A stretch of DNA of 58,487 bases from Malacoraja senta. Its lineage: Eukaryota. Under the pieces are notes generated by a model. The model did no database searches, had not been told where the DNA came from, and saw only the letters and a program-made list of their open reading frames with translations. The position numbers and the translations under genes were made by a program. This document shows positions 1 to 11,965 of this stretch, piece after piece. The stretch covers positions 1-58,487 of the forward strand of contig JAXLNO010000353.1 in assembly GCA_038087875.1 (NCBI GenBank). Reading direction: 5' to 3'. Each line of letters opens with the position of its first letter. Positions within the stretch are counted from its first letter, which is position 1.

Positions 1-505
1 ATTGCTCACCCACCTCCCCATCTCACCCCCCAACCCCCTCACTCCCCCTCACCCTACTCACCACCCTCATCCCCCTTCATCCCCCTTACCCACTCACTCC
101 CCTTTCACCTGCTCAACCCTTCTCACCCCCTGCCCCATCACCCACCTCCCCCTCACCTCCTCATCCCCTCACCCCCTCACCCACCCTCCCCACCCCTTCA
201 AACCCACCCCATCTCCCTCCCGCTCCTCACCCCCTAACACCCTCCTCACCCCCCTTCACCCTACTCACCCCCCTCACCCCCTTTCCCCCTCACCCCATCC
301 CCTCCCTCACCTCTCACCCCCCGCAACCCCCTCACTTCCCCATCCCCTCACCCCCTTCAACCCCACTTCCCCTTACCCCCACCCACACCCCCTCTCACCC
401 ACCCCCCCACTCACCCCCTCCCCATACTCACCGCTCCCCCTCACCCCCTCCCCTCTCAACCTCTCCCACACACCCACCCCCCTTACACCCTCTCGCCTCC
501 CCCTT
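1..505. repeat. C-rich low-complexity tract (CCCCTCA-like)
   Basis: Almost G-free run of CCCTCA/CCCCTC motifs; the Pro/His/Thr-rich ORF is compositional. Confidence 0.9.
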
Positions 506-547
506 TGCCCCCTCAGGTTGAACCGGACGTGCCTCATGAGGGGGTGG

Positions 548-790
548 GTCGGGTCAGGCCAGGCAGCATCTGTGGAGAAAAGGGGATGTTTTTTTGGTCA
601 CGACCCTTCTTCTGCAGACCTGAAACGTGGCCTATCCACGTTGAGCATAGATACTGCCTGACCTGTTATGTTACTCCAACACTCTGTGTCTTTTTGTGTA
701 TGAACCAGCATCTGCAGTTCCTTGTGTCTGCCAAAGATAGGCACAAAGTGCTGGGGGAAATATGGGCAACGTTTCAGGTTTCGGGTCATT
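548..790. mobile_element. Degraded Penelope-like 3'-end (pLTR-type) fragments, partly fold-back
   Basis: GGCAGCATCTGTGGAG...GACCCTTCTTC...GAAACG...AGATACTGCCTGACC...CCAGCATCTGCAGTTC resembles the PLE 3' end at 12204-12350 and the minielements at 56505 and 57140. Confidence 0.65.
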
Positions 791-805
791 TGGCTACTTG
801 TCGAT

Positions 806-1585
806 GTTGTGAGTGTGTTGGTGAGTGTAAGTGTGTGGGTGAGAGTGTGTGGGAGAGAGTGTAAGGGAGTGTGTGGGTGAGGGAGTGTGTGGGTGGGTGT
901 GTGAGGCAATGTGTGGGTGAGGGTGTGTGTGGGTGAGGAAATGTGTGGGTGGGTGAGAGTGCGTGAGAGAGTGAGGGAGTATGTGGGAGTGTGCGTGAGT
1001 GTGTGGGTATGGGTGTGTGTGTATGTATGTGCGTGGGTGAGTGGGTGTGTGTGTGTATGTGGGTGAGGCGGTGTGTGTGTGTGGGTGGGAGTGGGTGTGG
1101 GAATGTGTGAGAAGGTGGGTGAGGCGGTGTGGGTGTGTGGGTGAGTGAATGTGGGTGTGGGGATGAATGTGAGTGTGTGGGTATTTGTCGGTGTGGGTAT
1201 GTGGGAGTGAGTGTGTGTGTGTGGGTGTGGGGGTCTAGAGATGTGTGTGTGGGAGTGGGTAAGTGTGTGGGAAAGTGGGCATGAGTGGGTGAGTGTGTGG
1301 GAGTGGGTGTCAGTGGGTGTGTGTGTGTGTGTGTGTAGGCATGAGTGGGGTTGTGTGTGGGGGGTGTGCGTGTATGTGTGGGTATGTGAGGGAGTGTGGG
1401 TGTGTGTGTGTGGGTGTGTGTGGGAATGGGTAAGTGTGTGAGTGTATGGGCATAAGTGGGTTTGTGTGAGTGTGTGTGGGTATGTGTTTGTGTGGGTTTG
1501 TGTGGGTATGTATGAGTGTGTGGGTGAGTGTGTGTGGGTATGTGTGAGTGTGTGGGTGTGGAGGTGAGTGGGTGAGTGTGTCAGT
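806..1585. repeat. GT-rich low-complexity/degenerate (GT)n tract
   Basis: GTGTGG/GTGAGT motifs throughout. Confidence 0.9.
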
Positions 1586-2099
1586 GCACCCGTGCAATAT
1601 TTTGTTATTATTAAATTAAATATATGTGTTATTGTACTAGTTATGCACTGGGATGTAGTGATAGGCTATAATCTTGTTTGACCCTCTTGGGAGACTAGCT
1701 TCCCCCCCCCCCTCCCCCCCAACAAGCAAAACCTGAAGTGACGTCCCTGTTTGACACTCCGGCACCTACAGAATGAGCACTGCAACACTGGGGAGCGCGG
1801 GAACTTACACCTCAGTTTGCTCCAGGCTATCAAGTTGAGGGTTTCCATGACATATTGAAATCACAATAGCATTTCCATCCTTCCCATTAATGTGGTTGCA
1901 TAAAACATTATGATTTTGTTGGTTAACCTTGATTGGTGGCTACAAGTTTTGTTTTGAATATCTTCCATTTGTTTTACTTAAGTTCTTTTTTGAGTTCATT
2001 AAATTTACAAAACTGACATTTCTTTATGTTTTTCTACAGCCTGCAAAAATGTGCCAAATATATAATGTGGCCCTCATGGAGAAACGTTTGGAGGCCCCT

Positions 2100-2460
2100 G
2101 TTGTAAGGTATAATTTAACAACATTACAGTATAAATTAAGGGTAAACAAGCAAGCAAATGGTGTCATTTAAAGGTATAATTATCAAAAATGTCCTGTGTA
2201 AAGGGTACTTCTCTCTAATTAGAGTAAACAAGCAAGGAACAGGTATCATGTTACAAGGAGGTGTAGGTGGAATATAAAATATTTGCAATATGACAAGTGT
2301 AAACAAGCAAGGTCATTTTAAGGTATGATTATCACACATTTTGTGTGTAAATTAAGAAGTGACAAGCAAGTAAAGTGTGTTATTTTCAGCTACAATAAAT
2401 TACAGTATAGATTTAGGGTCAATAGGCAAGAAAATGGTGTCATTTTAAGGTGCAATTACC
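2100..2460. repeat. Old degenerate tandem repeat, ~60-80 bp units
   Basis: Recurring TAAGGTATAATT...GTAAACAAGCAAG...GTCATTT(T)AA, about 5 units. Confidence 0.6.
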
Positions 2461-2519
2461 ACATTTTTCTGGACCCCAATCTCTCTTCCTCCTTTTTCAG
2501 TTTTTTCCTGTCTCACGCC

Positions 2520-2655
2520 TGATGACTAGAGGTCAGTGCGACAGGCCTGTAATCTTTAAGACCAGCAATCCTTGTCTTTTTGGGTACAGGGACAATGGTG
2601 CAGACTTTGAAGCAGTTAGGGACAGTACAGGTTTGCAGGGACTGGTTGAAAAGCA
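2520..2655 (-). mobile_element. Rex1/Babar-like LINE RT fragment
   Basis: Minus translation [41 protein letters not shown], typical of the Rex1 RT N-terminal region. Confidence 0.7.
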
Positions 2656-2752
2656 ATTTTCCATTATCATGGTTTCTGATTGAATAACTAAGAGATGAGA
2701 AAATGGACCATCACTGCTCTAATGAAGTGCGAATATAGACAAGTTAACCATC

Positions 2753-3243
2753 TTGTGTGTAATTAATTATTATGTGGTTTAGTCTCATTCTGTGCAACAT
2801 GGACTAATGGATTGACTGATCACCTTCTCAGATTTCCCTGAAAATCAGTGCCTGTACATCAGAGCACACAAGTAACACAACAGAAAACAAGGTCTCAACT
2901 CCAAATTGCAATGAGCCTTTGGCAAATTTTCGAGCTATATCAGTGGTTCATAACTTCGAAGGAACTTTGAGTTGAAAGTTGATTTTTCTGCTGTGTTCTT
3001 TGTACCAGAGGTGTGCAAAACATGATTTTCAATCAAATCTGAGATGGCGACCAGCCGACCTTCTTACTTGCTGTTATTTGGTACAGAATCAAATCATCCA
3101 ATACCAAGCAATTTATGTACAAGTCTCCGATAAACCATCAATGTATACTGAATTTTGGTCCTTGGAAATGGGATTTTTGGACCTTGAAAGTCTTTGAATT
3201 TATAGCTGTTCCAAGTGTACGCACCCTTGGTATGAGAAATAAA
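2753..3243 (+). repeat. Dispersed duplication, copy 1 (copy 2 at 20337-20825)
   Basis: ~490 bp collinear direct match by eye, about 90% identity. Confidence 0.9.
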
Positions 3244-3485
3244 GTGGATGAGCTTGAGGCTCCGTTAGAAATTGGCAAGTATAATGTCATGGGAATTAGA
3301 GACATGGCTGCAAGAGGACCAGGGCTGGGAACTGAATATTCAGGGGTATACGTACGCTCGAAAAGACAGACAGACAGGTGGGCAGAGAGGGTGGGGTAGC
3401 TCTGTTGGTGAGGAATGAAATTCAGTCCCTTACGAGGGATGACATCGAATCAGGAGATGTGGAGTCAGTACGGATAGAACTGAGG
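3229..3485 (+). mobile_element. CR1-type LINE fragment (ORF2 APE endonuclease N-terminus)
   Basis: RNKVDELEA...GKYNVMGI-(ETWL)QEDQGWELNIQGY...GGVALLVRNEI across frameshifts. Confidence 0.8.
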
Positions 3486-4029
3486 CCCGGACCAGCGAAA
3501 CTGCCGCCCGCAGCCGCCGACTCTCACCGCCTCCCCGGGCGTGGCCACTGTCGCCGACCTTCACTGTCACCACGACCACCGATGCTGCTGCCCGTATCTC
3601 TACTCCAGCCCCCCCCCCCTCAATGGGCCTCCACCAGCGACTCCGCCCGCCGACCCTCCCTCGTCTCTCCATCGGCCACCAGCGGGCCAGAGCCGTCACC
3701 TCACCAGAGTTCCCGGCTCAGCACCAGGCCCACAACCTCCACCATGCAGACAGCACGTGGTCTGTCTCTGCTGGGTCCTAGTGCTCCCATCCCCCTACAG
3801 GGAGTGTAGTGATGGGTCTTCCCCTTCCCCCTCTTATAATCAGGTTACCTCGACCACACACCTGCTAGATAAAATTCCCCACTTTATTATAGGGAGGTTG
3901 CACGGCAGTCAGGTCACGACCCGTGACCCGTACTGTTGCCACGCTACGCCAACTGGAGTACATACGATGAACTTCAGGTAAACACTTACCATTGTTTCCA
4001 GCATAGTGGGCCTGTTAAAAACCGCCGCC

Positions 4030-4249
4030 ATGGCCAATGTTTGCGCTGTAAATAATTATGGAAATCGGGGTAAGCGTGAGAGACATTTATCCTACTTCAG
4101 AATTCCATAAGTGAGGAGAAATGATGGTAGATAGAAGCAACAGCTGAAGGGACAACAGTAGCTAAAGTGATTGGCGGACATTGGCCGTGCAAATATCAAG
4201 ATTGAAAATATTGGGAATTAACACGTTTGCTCACTGCATTTCATCAACA
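4030..4249 (+). pseudogene. THAP domain first exon, multiple stops
   Basis: gccgccATGG; MANVCAVNNYGN...FRIP*...HVCSLHFIN, then a GTAAGG donor at 4250. Confidence 0.75.
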
Positions 4250-4800
4250 GTAAGGCATTATTTGTGTTTTTGCTTGATTCCTTTGGTATCTAAAAAGTTT
4301 CACAAGTGATAAATCTGGCTGTAAAATTTTAAAAACGCCCATGGTTCTCAAGTGGGTTTTTACATACAAAACGAAAACACTTCTGAAGCAAAATTTATCC
4401 TTCAAAAAATGGCAAACCGTACATGGGTTTTGAATTACATTTGACTCAGATGCAAGCCTAGGAATGGCATACTTGTTAGCTGTTAATTGGACATAATCAA
4501 CCTCAGTAAATTGACAATATCCTATTGGAAGGGAGTGGGTGTTTAAGCTGTCAGAACATTTTATTATTTGCCAAAATATACATCTCAATACCATAATGAT
4601 AGAAAACTTACTTTTCCACACACCACTTGTAAGTCTGGAGATTTTTTTAATGATAAATTTAGCTTCAGAAGCATTTTCTTTTTGCATGTAAAAACCCACT
4701 TCAGAACCATGAGCGATTTTACAATTTTACAGCCAGATTCATCACTTCTGAAATGTTTTAGATAGCAAATGAATAAAGAAAAACATACATAATGCCTTAC

Positions 4801-5020
4801 TGTTGATGAAATGCAGTGAGCAAAGGTGATAATTCCCAATATTTTCCAATTTGATATCTGCATGGCCAATGTTCGCCAAGCACTTTAACTGTTGTTGTCC
4901 CTTCAGCTCTCGCTTCTCTTTACCTTCATTTCGTTTCACTTTTGGAATTCTGCAGTAGGATAGATGTCTCTCACGGTTACCCCGATTTCCACAATTATTT
5001 ACAGCGCAAAAATTCAACAT
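4801..5020 (-). pseudogene. THAP domain first exon (open; element-borne)
   Basis: MLNFCAVNNCGN...RIP...HLCSLHFIN fits the C2CH THAP pattern; 220 nt followed by a GTAAGG donor, mirroring the + copy. Confidence 0.75.
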
Positions 5021-5164
5021 TTTGGCGTTTTTTAACAGGTGGGAAAGTACGCGTTTCTTGCATTAATAACATATACCGGAAGTTACGTTTGTCTTCTAAA
5101 TGGATTGAGCGGCTCCGTGAGTCAAGCCCTATGACCCAGTGACCTTACGTGCAACCCCCCTATA

Positions 5165-5381
5165 GCTACTTCCCCACAACTTCAAACAAACTCTGAACAT
5201 TAATAGCCCATTGCTCTTTATCTGCTTATTTATGTGTGTGTGTATATATATTCAATGGTATATGGACACACTGATCTGTATTTATTTATGCCTGCAATAT
5301 TCTGTTGTGCTGAAGCAAAGCAAGAATTTCATTGTCCTATCTGGGACACATGACAATATACTCTCTTGAATCTTGAATCTT
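5165..5381 (+). mobile_element. LINE 3' end fragment (Rex1/L2-like) with (CTTGAAT)n tail
   Basis: GAATTTCATTGT...ACATGACAAT stem motif then CTCTCTTGAATCTTGAATCTT. Confidence 0.55.
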
Positions 5382-5515
5382 AAATCGCTTGGAAGTTCAA
5401 TGCATTAAATCGCTTTGCACTAATCTTCCAAAACAACTCAAATATTTAATGCAATGAATGCATCGCATTGGAATAACTTTGCACCCTCCTGCAACGTTAA
5501 ATGCAGCAAATAGGT
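5382..5515. repeat. ~160-bp tandem repeat, left part (continues at 9434-9848)
   Basis: GGAAGTTCAATGCATTAAATCGCTTTGC...GGAATAACTTTGCACC...AAATGCAGCAAATA matches the units at 9463-9780. Confidence 0.85.
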
Positions 5516-5924
5516 TTTTTTTAATTTATTTTTTTATTTTATTTATTTATTCCGAACAAGTAAAGACATTAAAGACATTAATATTAACAAAATCGAAATT
5601 ATCAAACAATTGGACATTACAATCAATATTTACAAAGCAATGAGAAGAACAAAATCAAAGTTCCAATGTCCAACTCTGTGTCTGTACAAGCTCGAAAAGG
5701 AGTGAGAAGAAGAATAACTTATTAAATCTCACCCCTTTTCCCCAACACTTCTACCATATTTAAAAATCAATTCATTACTAATAATAATACTACCTTAGGC
5801 AATTTCCCATAATACCTACAGACATATATATACATACAACTATTATGTACATACAAACTTCATATCTGAAGTACCCAAACATAAGTAAACAATAGTAAAC
5901 AAGATAAACATCAACCCCCACTTG

Positions 5925-8900
5925 TCAACCATCCCCTCCATCCCTGTACCCCTTGAGAATTATTTTTTTATATATCATTTTTAAATGATTCATGTTTGTG
6001 CATTGCTTCAATTCCCCGTTCAATTTATTCCACACTCCTACTCCACAAACCGAAATACAAAAGGTTTTTCTAGTCGTACGGACTTTTTGTTTCTTAAAAT
6101 TAAATATTCCTCTTAAATTGTAACCCCGCACACGCTCGTTAAATAATTTTTGAATGTTTCCAGGTAAATTTTTATTTTTGGCCCTAAACAGTATCTGAGC
6201 TGTTTTGAATGCAACCAAATCTTCTAATTTTAATAATTTTGACTCTAAAAATAATGGATTCGTATGACCCAGATACTTAGCATTATGGATAATACGAATT
6301 GCTCTTTTTTGCATCATGGTTAATGAGTGTATCGAATTTTTATAATTATTACCCCAGACTTCTGCACAATAATTTAAGTAGGGTAAAATTAATGAACAAT
6401 AAAGAATACGGAGTGATTTGTAATCCAGAGCTTGCTTGGCTTTGTATAATACAGAGATACTTTTTGACAATTTTAATTTTACATGTTTAATATGTGATTT
6501 CCAGCTTATTTTATCGTCAATTATAACCCCAAGAAATTTATTTTCATGCACTCTTTCAACTTCCACCCCATTTATCTTTATACTTACTAGTGTATTTATT
6601 CTACAATTACCAAATAACATTATTTTAGTTTTACTCAGATTTAATGAAATTTTATTCCTATCAAACCATATTTTCAATTTACCCATTTCTTTTATTATTT
6701 TATCCAATAGCTGTTTTAAATTTTCTTCAGAACAAAAAATATTTGTATCATCTGCAAACAAAACCAGCCTCAAGACATTGGACACATTACAAATATCATT
6801 TATGTACATGATAAATAATTTTGGGCCCAGCACTGACCCCTGTGGTACACCACACACAATGTCCAAGCATGTAGAATTATGACTACCCAAATTTACAAAC
6901 TGTTGCCTGTTACTTAAGTAGCTTTTAATCCAGTCCAGTACTATTCCTCTAATTCCATACCTCTCCAATTTTTTAAATAAAATATCATGATTAATTGTAT
7001 CAAATGCTTTTTTATGTCAATGAATATCCCAGCTGCATATAATTTCTTATCAATGGCGTTTGTGATGTCTTCAATTAATTCTAGTATTGCAAGTGATGTT
7101 GATCTATTTGTTCTGAATCCATATTGACTTTCTGTGATTAATTTATTCTTTTCTACAAATTTGTCTAATCTATTATTAAACATTTTTTCTAATATTTTGG
7201 AAAATTGTGGGAGTAAGGAAACAGGTCTATAGTTTGTAAAATGATGCTTGTTCCCAGTTTTGTATATTGGTATTATTTTTGCTATTTTCATTTGAATTGG
7301 AAAAGTACCGGTTTGGAAGGATAAATTACAGATGAATGTTAAAGGTTTGGAGATCCCCTCAATGACCATCTTAACTAGCGACATGTCAATGTCATTGAAA
7401 TCGGTAGACTTTTTATTTTTACATGTTTTGACAATATCCAACAGTTCTTTTTCTTCTACTGCCGTAAGAAACATAGAGCAGGGATTTCTCTCCACTAAAT
7501 TCTCAGGAGTTTCTCCAGATGTCCCTGAATCAGGGATTTGTTTAGCCAGGTCTGGTCCAATATTTACAAAAAAATTATTAAAGCTATTAGCTATATCTTC
7601 CATATTGTAATTTTCCTTATCCTTATCAATAAAATACTTCGGGTAATTTGTTCTCCCCGGACCATTTCTAATAATGCTATTAAGTATGCTCCATATTCTT
7701 TTTATATTGTCTTTATTGTCATCTAATTTCTTCTTATAATAATCTTTCTTGCTTTCTCTTATGATGTAAGTTAATTTATTTTTATACTTTTTATATTTAT
7801 TTTCTGTATCTTTAGTTCATTCTCTTATAAAATCTCTGTATAGGGCTTTTTTTTTTTTACAAGCATTTTGTAATCCCTTTGTAATCCATGGACATTTAGT
7901 ATATTTTGATTTTCTATTATATTCTTTAATTGGACAATTTTTATCATATAATGACTTAAACATAGCAATAAATGTTTCATAAGCACTATCAATGTCTCTT
8001 TTTTGGTATATTATATCCCAGTTTTGTGCCAATAGATCCTTTTTTAGTGCATTGATAGCTTCCTCCGATCTCACTCGTCTATATTCTATTAATTTGTTTG
8101 GTTTGTTGTTCCTGTGGATATTATCATAAACTATAAAAACTGGCAGATGGTCACTTATATCATTAATTAGTAATCCACTTACTATTTTATTTTCCACATC
8201 ATTATTAAATATATTGTCAATGAGTGTAGCGCAATGGGAAGTAATTCTACTCGGTCTAGTGATTTTAGGAAATAGATTCATGCTGTACATAGTATTAATA
8301 AAATCTTCTGTAAGGTTGTGTTGATTAGGATTTAGTAGATCAATATTGAAATCTCCACATAAAAACACTGATTTACTACTTGTTGTTGAAAACATACTCT
8401 CCATCCAGCCCCTGAAGATTTCAATACTTGATCCCGGTGCCCTATATATACAACTAATGATTACATTTTTATTTCCACCATTAATTATTTCTATAGTTAT
8501 ACATTCATGCAGATTGTCAACCACAGTTGTCATATTATCTACTACCTTATAATTCAGAGTTGTATCCACATATAGTGCTACCCCTCCTCCCCCCTTATTT
8601 TTTCTATTGATGTAATTGAAATCATATCCGTCCATCTCAAAATCAATTCCCTTTTCCTGATTAATCCATGTTTCAGATATTGCGATGATATTGAATGGCT
8701 GTAAAAATTGTTGTAAATACTCTTTAATACTATTGAAATTCGCATAGAGGCTCTTGCTATTAAAGTGGATAATAGATAATTTGCCTTTTGTATTAATATT
8801 CTGATTATACTGTTCCTCTGTGTAGTAGCAGCAGATATTTTTGTCGTTAGAATTAAAGTAAAAATTATTGTCCGGGTCTATATCGTATTCCAAATCCTGT

Positions 8901-9019
8901 AAATTGTGATCGGTATATTCAAATGGTTGTAACTTCAGTTGTTTCTTTTCGCTTATTATTTTAATTACTTGACTGCCATTTCCAGATGTAAATGACTGAA
9001 TTCCTTCAGTGTATGCCAT
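5925..9019 (-). pseudogene. LINE ORF2 (APE endonuclease + reverse transcriptase), one stop and one frameshift
   Basis: IDPDNNF; SETW, GGGVALY, GDFNID, TLIDNIF, SDHLP; NYRPVSLL, QYGFR, GVPQGSVLGP, FADDT; in-frame TGA at 7817-7819; one base missing in an A-run near 7010. Confidence 0.9.
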
Positions 9020-9064
9020 AGTTGCGTGTGTAAATAAATTTCACCTCACAATCCCGTTTTATGA

Positions 9065-9433
9065 TCATTGGTATTTGTCCAGGTCTGCAGTATCTCTAAT
9101 GACCAGCACTTTGGCTTCCTCTGGTGTTCCATTTAATTTAATAAAGATTTTACAGTTTGCAGTCCAGGTATTTAGTATTTTTTTCTGTTTCTTAAGGTAT
9201 CGCGTGCTTGTCGGGCTATGTCGGCATTTCGTTTTGTTAGGTGTTCATTCATAAATACTTTTGTTCCCTTCAACTGTCTTCCTTGTTTTAGGAGACTAAC
9301 TTTATATTTCCTGTTGATAAACCTTATTCTGATGGCTGGTTTGTCATCACTATTTTTATCCTCTTTGGATTTTCTCCTGGGCAGGGGGTGACAAGCCTCG
9401 ATGTTATCGCAGTCCAAGTGTATTCCTTTTGAC
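9065..9433 (-). pseudogene. LINE ORF1 C-terminal part (L1-type RRM/CTD-like)
   Basis: IEACHPL...PAIRIRF...LKGTKVFMNEHLT...ARQAR, frameshift near 9200, then TWTANCKIFIK. Confidence 0.75.
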
Positions 9434-9848
9434 TGCATTCAAGTGATATTGTAACCCCCCCTCGGAAGTTAAATGCATTAAATCGCTTTGCAATAATCGA
9501 GCAAAACCCCTCAGATGTTAAATGCAACGAATGCATCGCATTGGAATAACTTTGCACCCTCCTGCAATGTTAAATGCAGCAAATACGTTGCATTCAAGTA
9601 ATATTGCAACCTGCCCCCCAACCCCGCTTGGAAGTTCAATGCATTAAATCGCTTTGCACTAATCTTGCAGAACTCCTCAAAAATGTTAAATGCAACAAAT
9701 GCATCGCGTTGGAATAACTTTGCACCATCCTGCAACGTTAAGTGCAGCAAATGCGTCGCATTAGTGATATTGCAACCCCCAGGGATGTGAAATGCATTAA
9801 ATTGATTGCAATAATCTTGCAAAACCCCTCAGATATGAAATGCAACGG
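9434..9848. repeat. ~155-167-bp tandem repeat, right part
   Basis: About 2.5 units rich in AAATGCA and TTTGCA. Confidence 0.85.
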
Positions 9849-10045
9849 TGATGTCACAGAGGGGACGGCGGGGCAGGACATCCGGCCCTCTGACTGATCG
9901 GACGTCCCCATTGGCAGAGAGAGACGTCATTCAACCGGGCGGTGGGGCGGGACTTGCAGATGGCCGGAAGCGGCAAGTGATTGGTGGAGTGGGACGTCAG
10001 TCAGAGGGTGGGAGAAGGAACCCGCCCCCTTGTCTCTCTCTGGTC
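9849..10045. promoter_or_regulatory. CpG-rich promoter-like segment
   Basis: Two ATTGG (CCAAT) boxes, GGGGCGGG GC box, CCGGAAG ETS site and GACGTCA CRE-like sites; no linked gene seen. Confidence 0.4.
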
Positions 10046-10059
10046 CGCGTTGCAGACAG

Positions 10060-10990
10060 GAGTGAGAGAGAGGGAGAAGGAGAGAGAGAGAGAGAGAGGG
10101 CGAGATGGAGGAGTGTGGGCTGGGAGAGGGAGGGAAGGAGGAAAGGAGAAATTGAGGGAGAAATTAAGAATTGAGTGAAAATTTTGGATTTGAGTGAAAG
10201 AGAGGGGGAAGGTGGAAGGGAGGGAAGGAGAGATGGAGGGGAGAGAGAGAGAGAAAGAGAGAAAGAGGCGGGAGAGAGGAGAGGAGAGGAGAAAGAGAGA
10301 GAGGAGAGAGAGAGAGCGAGAAAGGAGAGAGGGAGAGGGAATATAGAGGAGAGGAGAGGCAAAGAGAGGGAAAGAGAAAGGAGAGAGGAAGCGGGAAAGA
10401 TAGAGAGTAAGAGAGAGAGAGGGAGAGAGAGAAAGGAGAGGGAGATAGGAGAGGAGGGTGGAGAGGAGAGGAGAGGAGAGAGAGAGAGAGAGAGGGAGAG
10501 GGAAACATAGATGGGAGAGAGGGAGATGGAAAGATAGAGGGCAGGGGAGGAGAGGAGAGGGGAGATAGATAGAGGGAAGGAGAGGAGAGAGAACTAGGGG
10601 AGGGAGATAGAGGGAGAGGGAAAGAGAGAGAGGGAGAGAGATGGAGGGGTGTGGGCTGCAGGAGGGAGGAGGGAAAGAGAAATTGAGTGAAAAATGAGGA
10701 TTTGAGTGAAAGAGGGGGAAGGTGGGAGGGAAGGAGAGATGGAGGGGGAGAGAGAGAGAGAGAGCGAGAAAGGAGAGGGACAGAGGAGATGGGAGAGAGG
10801 GAGTGAGACAGAGAAAGGAGACAGGGAGAGGGCAAGATAGAGGAGAGGAGAGAGAGAGAGGGGGGAGAGAGAATGGAGAGAGGGAGAGGGAAAGATAGAG
10901 GACAGGAAAGGGAGAGAGAGAGGGGGTAGAGACAGAAAGGAGGGAGAGGGAAAGATATAGGAGATGGGAGGGGAGGGGAGAGAGAGGGAT
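10060..10990. repeat. Polypurine GA-rich tract
   Basis: (GA)n/GGAGA with a duplicated GAGTGAAAA...GGATTTGAGTGAAAG island at ~10173 and ~10685. Confidence 0.9.
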
Positions 10991-11126
10991 GAATTTTAAA
11001 GGAATTGTAGTCTTCACTTTAGGAGCAGATTTGCAAGTTTGACACCAGCATCTGAAGAATTCAATCGTTAGTTAAGTTCATAATGGTGGCGTTCGTGTGC
11101 GCATGGAGGGCGTGCGTGTTTGCGGG

Positions 11127-11531
11127 CACACAATACTCCAGGTGTGGTCTCACCAGGGCCCTGTACAACTGCAGAAGGACCTCTTTGCTCCTATACTCAA
11201 CTCCTCTTGTTATGGAGGCCAACATGGCCAAAACTGTACACAATACTCCAGGTGTGGTCTCACTAGGGCCCTGTACAAATGCAGAAGGACCCCTTTGCTC
11301 CTATACCCAACTCCTCTTGTTATGGAGGCCAACAGGGCCAAAACTGCACACAATACTCCAGGTGTGGTCTCACCAGGGCCCTGTACAACTGCAGAAGGAC
11401 CTCTTTGCTCCTATACTCAACTCCTCTTGTTATGGAGGCCAACATGGCCAAAACTGTACACAATACTACAGGTGTGGTCTCACTAGGGCCCTGTACAACT
11501 GCAGAAGGACATCTTTGCTCCTATACTCAAC
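11127..11531 (-). repeat. 110-bp tandem repeat (~3.7 copies) derived from CR1 ORF2
   Basis: CAATACT recurs at 11131, 11241, 11351 and 11461; unit encodes [33 protein letters not shown]. Confidence 0.9.
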
Positions 11532-11622
11532 TCTTTCTCGGTTTTCTTTCCTTTCCAAATAAAGTGAAAACATCTTTTACACTTTGTGGACAAGGCAATG
11601 TTTGAATTATGTTCTTCAACCA

Positions 11623-11965
11623 GTTTAGTCTAGTTTAGTTTGGAGATACAGCGCGGAAACAGGCCCTTCGGCCCACCGAGTCCATGCTAGCCCGACCAGC
11701 GATCCCCACACACTAACAATATCCTACACACACACACACACACACACACTGGGGGACAGTTTACAATCTTTACCAGAAGCCAATTAACCTACAAACACGC
11801 ACGTCTTTGGAGTGTGGTGGGAATCCGGAGCGCCCGGAAAAATCCCACGCTGGTCACGGGTAGAGAACGTGTAAACTCCACACAGACAGCACCCGTGGTT
11901 GGGATGGAACCGGGGTCTCTGGCGCCGTGAGGCGGCAACTCTACCGCTGGGCCATCGTGCCGCCC
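11623..11965 (-). mobile_element. tRNA-derived SINE (HE1/V-SINE-like) with CR1-type tail
   Basis: Head GGGCGGCACGATGGCCCAGCGG (A box), GGTTCCATCCC (B box); V-domain-like GCTGTCTGTGTGGAGTTT; tail GGGCCGAAGGGCCTGTTTCC...(CTAAA)n. Confidence 0.85.

Larger units (their letters stand above)
3891..5161. mobile_element. Non-autonomous ISL2EU-like (PIF/Harbinger group) DNA transposon with long inverted arms
   Basis: 14-bp TIRs AGGG(A/G)GGTTGCACG at 3891 and 5148-5161; AT flanking both ends (3889-90, 5162-63); ~400-bp inverted arms 4010-4412 / 4635-5040; two inward-facing THAP exons. Confidence 0.75.
5516..9433 (-). mobile_element. 5'-truncated L2-group (Crack/Daphne-like) LINE
   Basis: ORF1 C-terminal half, full-length APE+RT ORF2, ~370-nt 3' UTR and an A-rich tail (T-rich on + at 5516-5550). 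Confidence 0.9.

Noticed and set aside
1..1590. Telomeric repeat or telomere fusion (C-rich then G-rich tracts)
   Set aside because: No tandem TTAGGG/CCCTAA; simple low-complexity DNA
11895..11965. tRNA gene
   Set aside because: The A/B boxes belong to the SINE head; no complete cloverleaf or poly-T terminator
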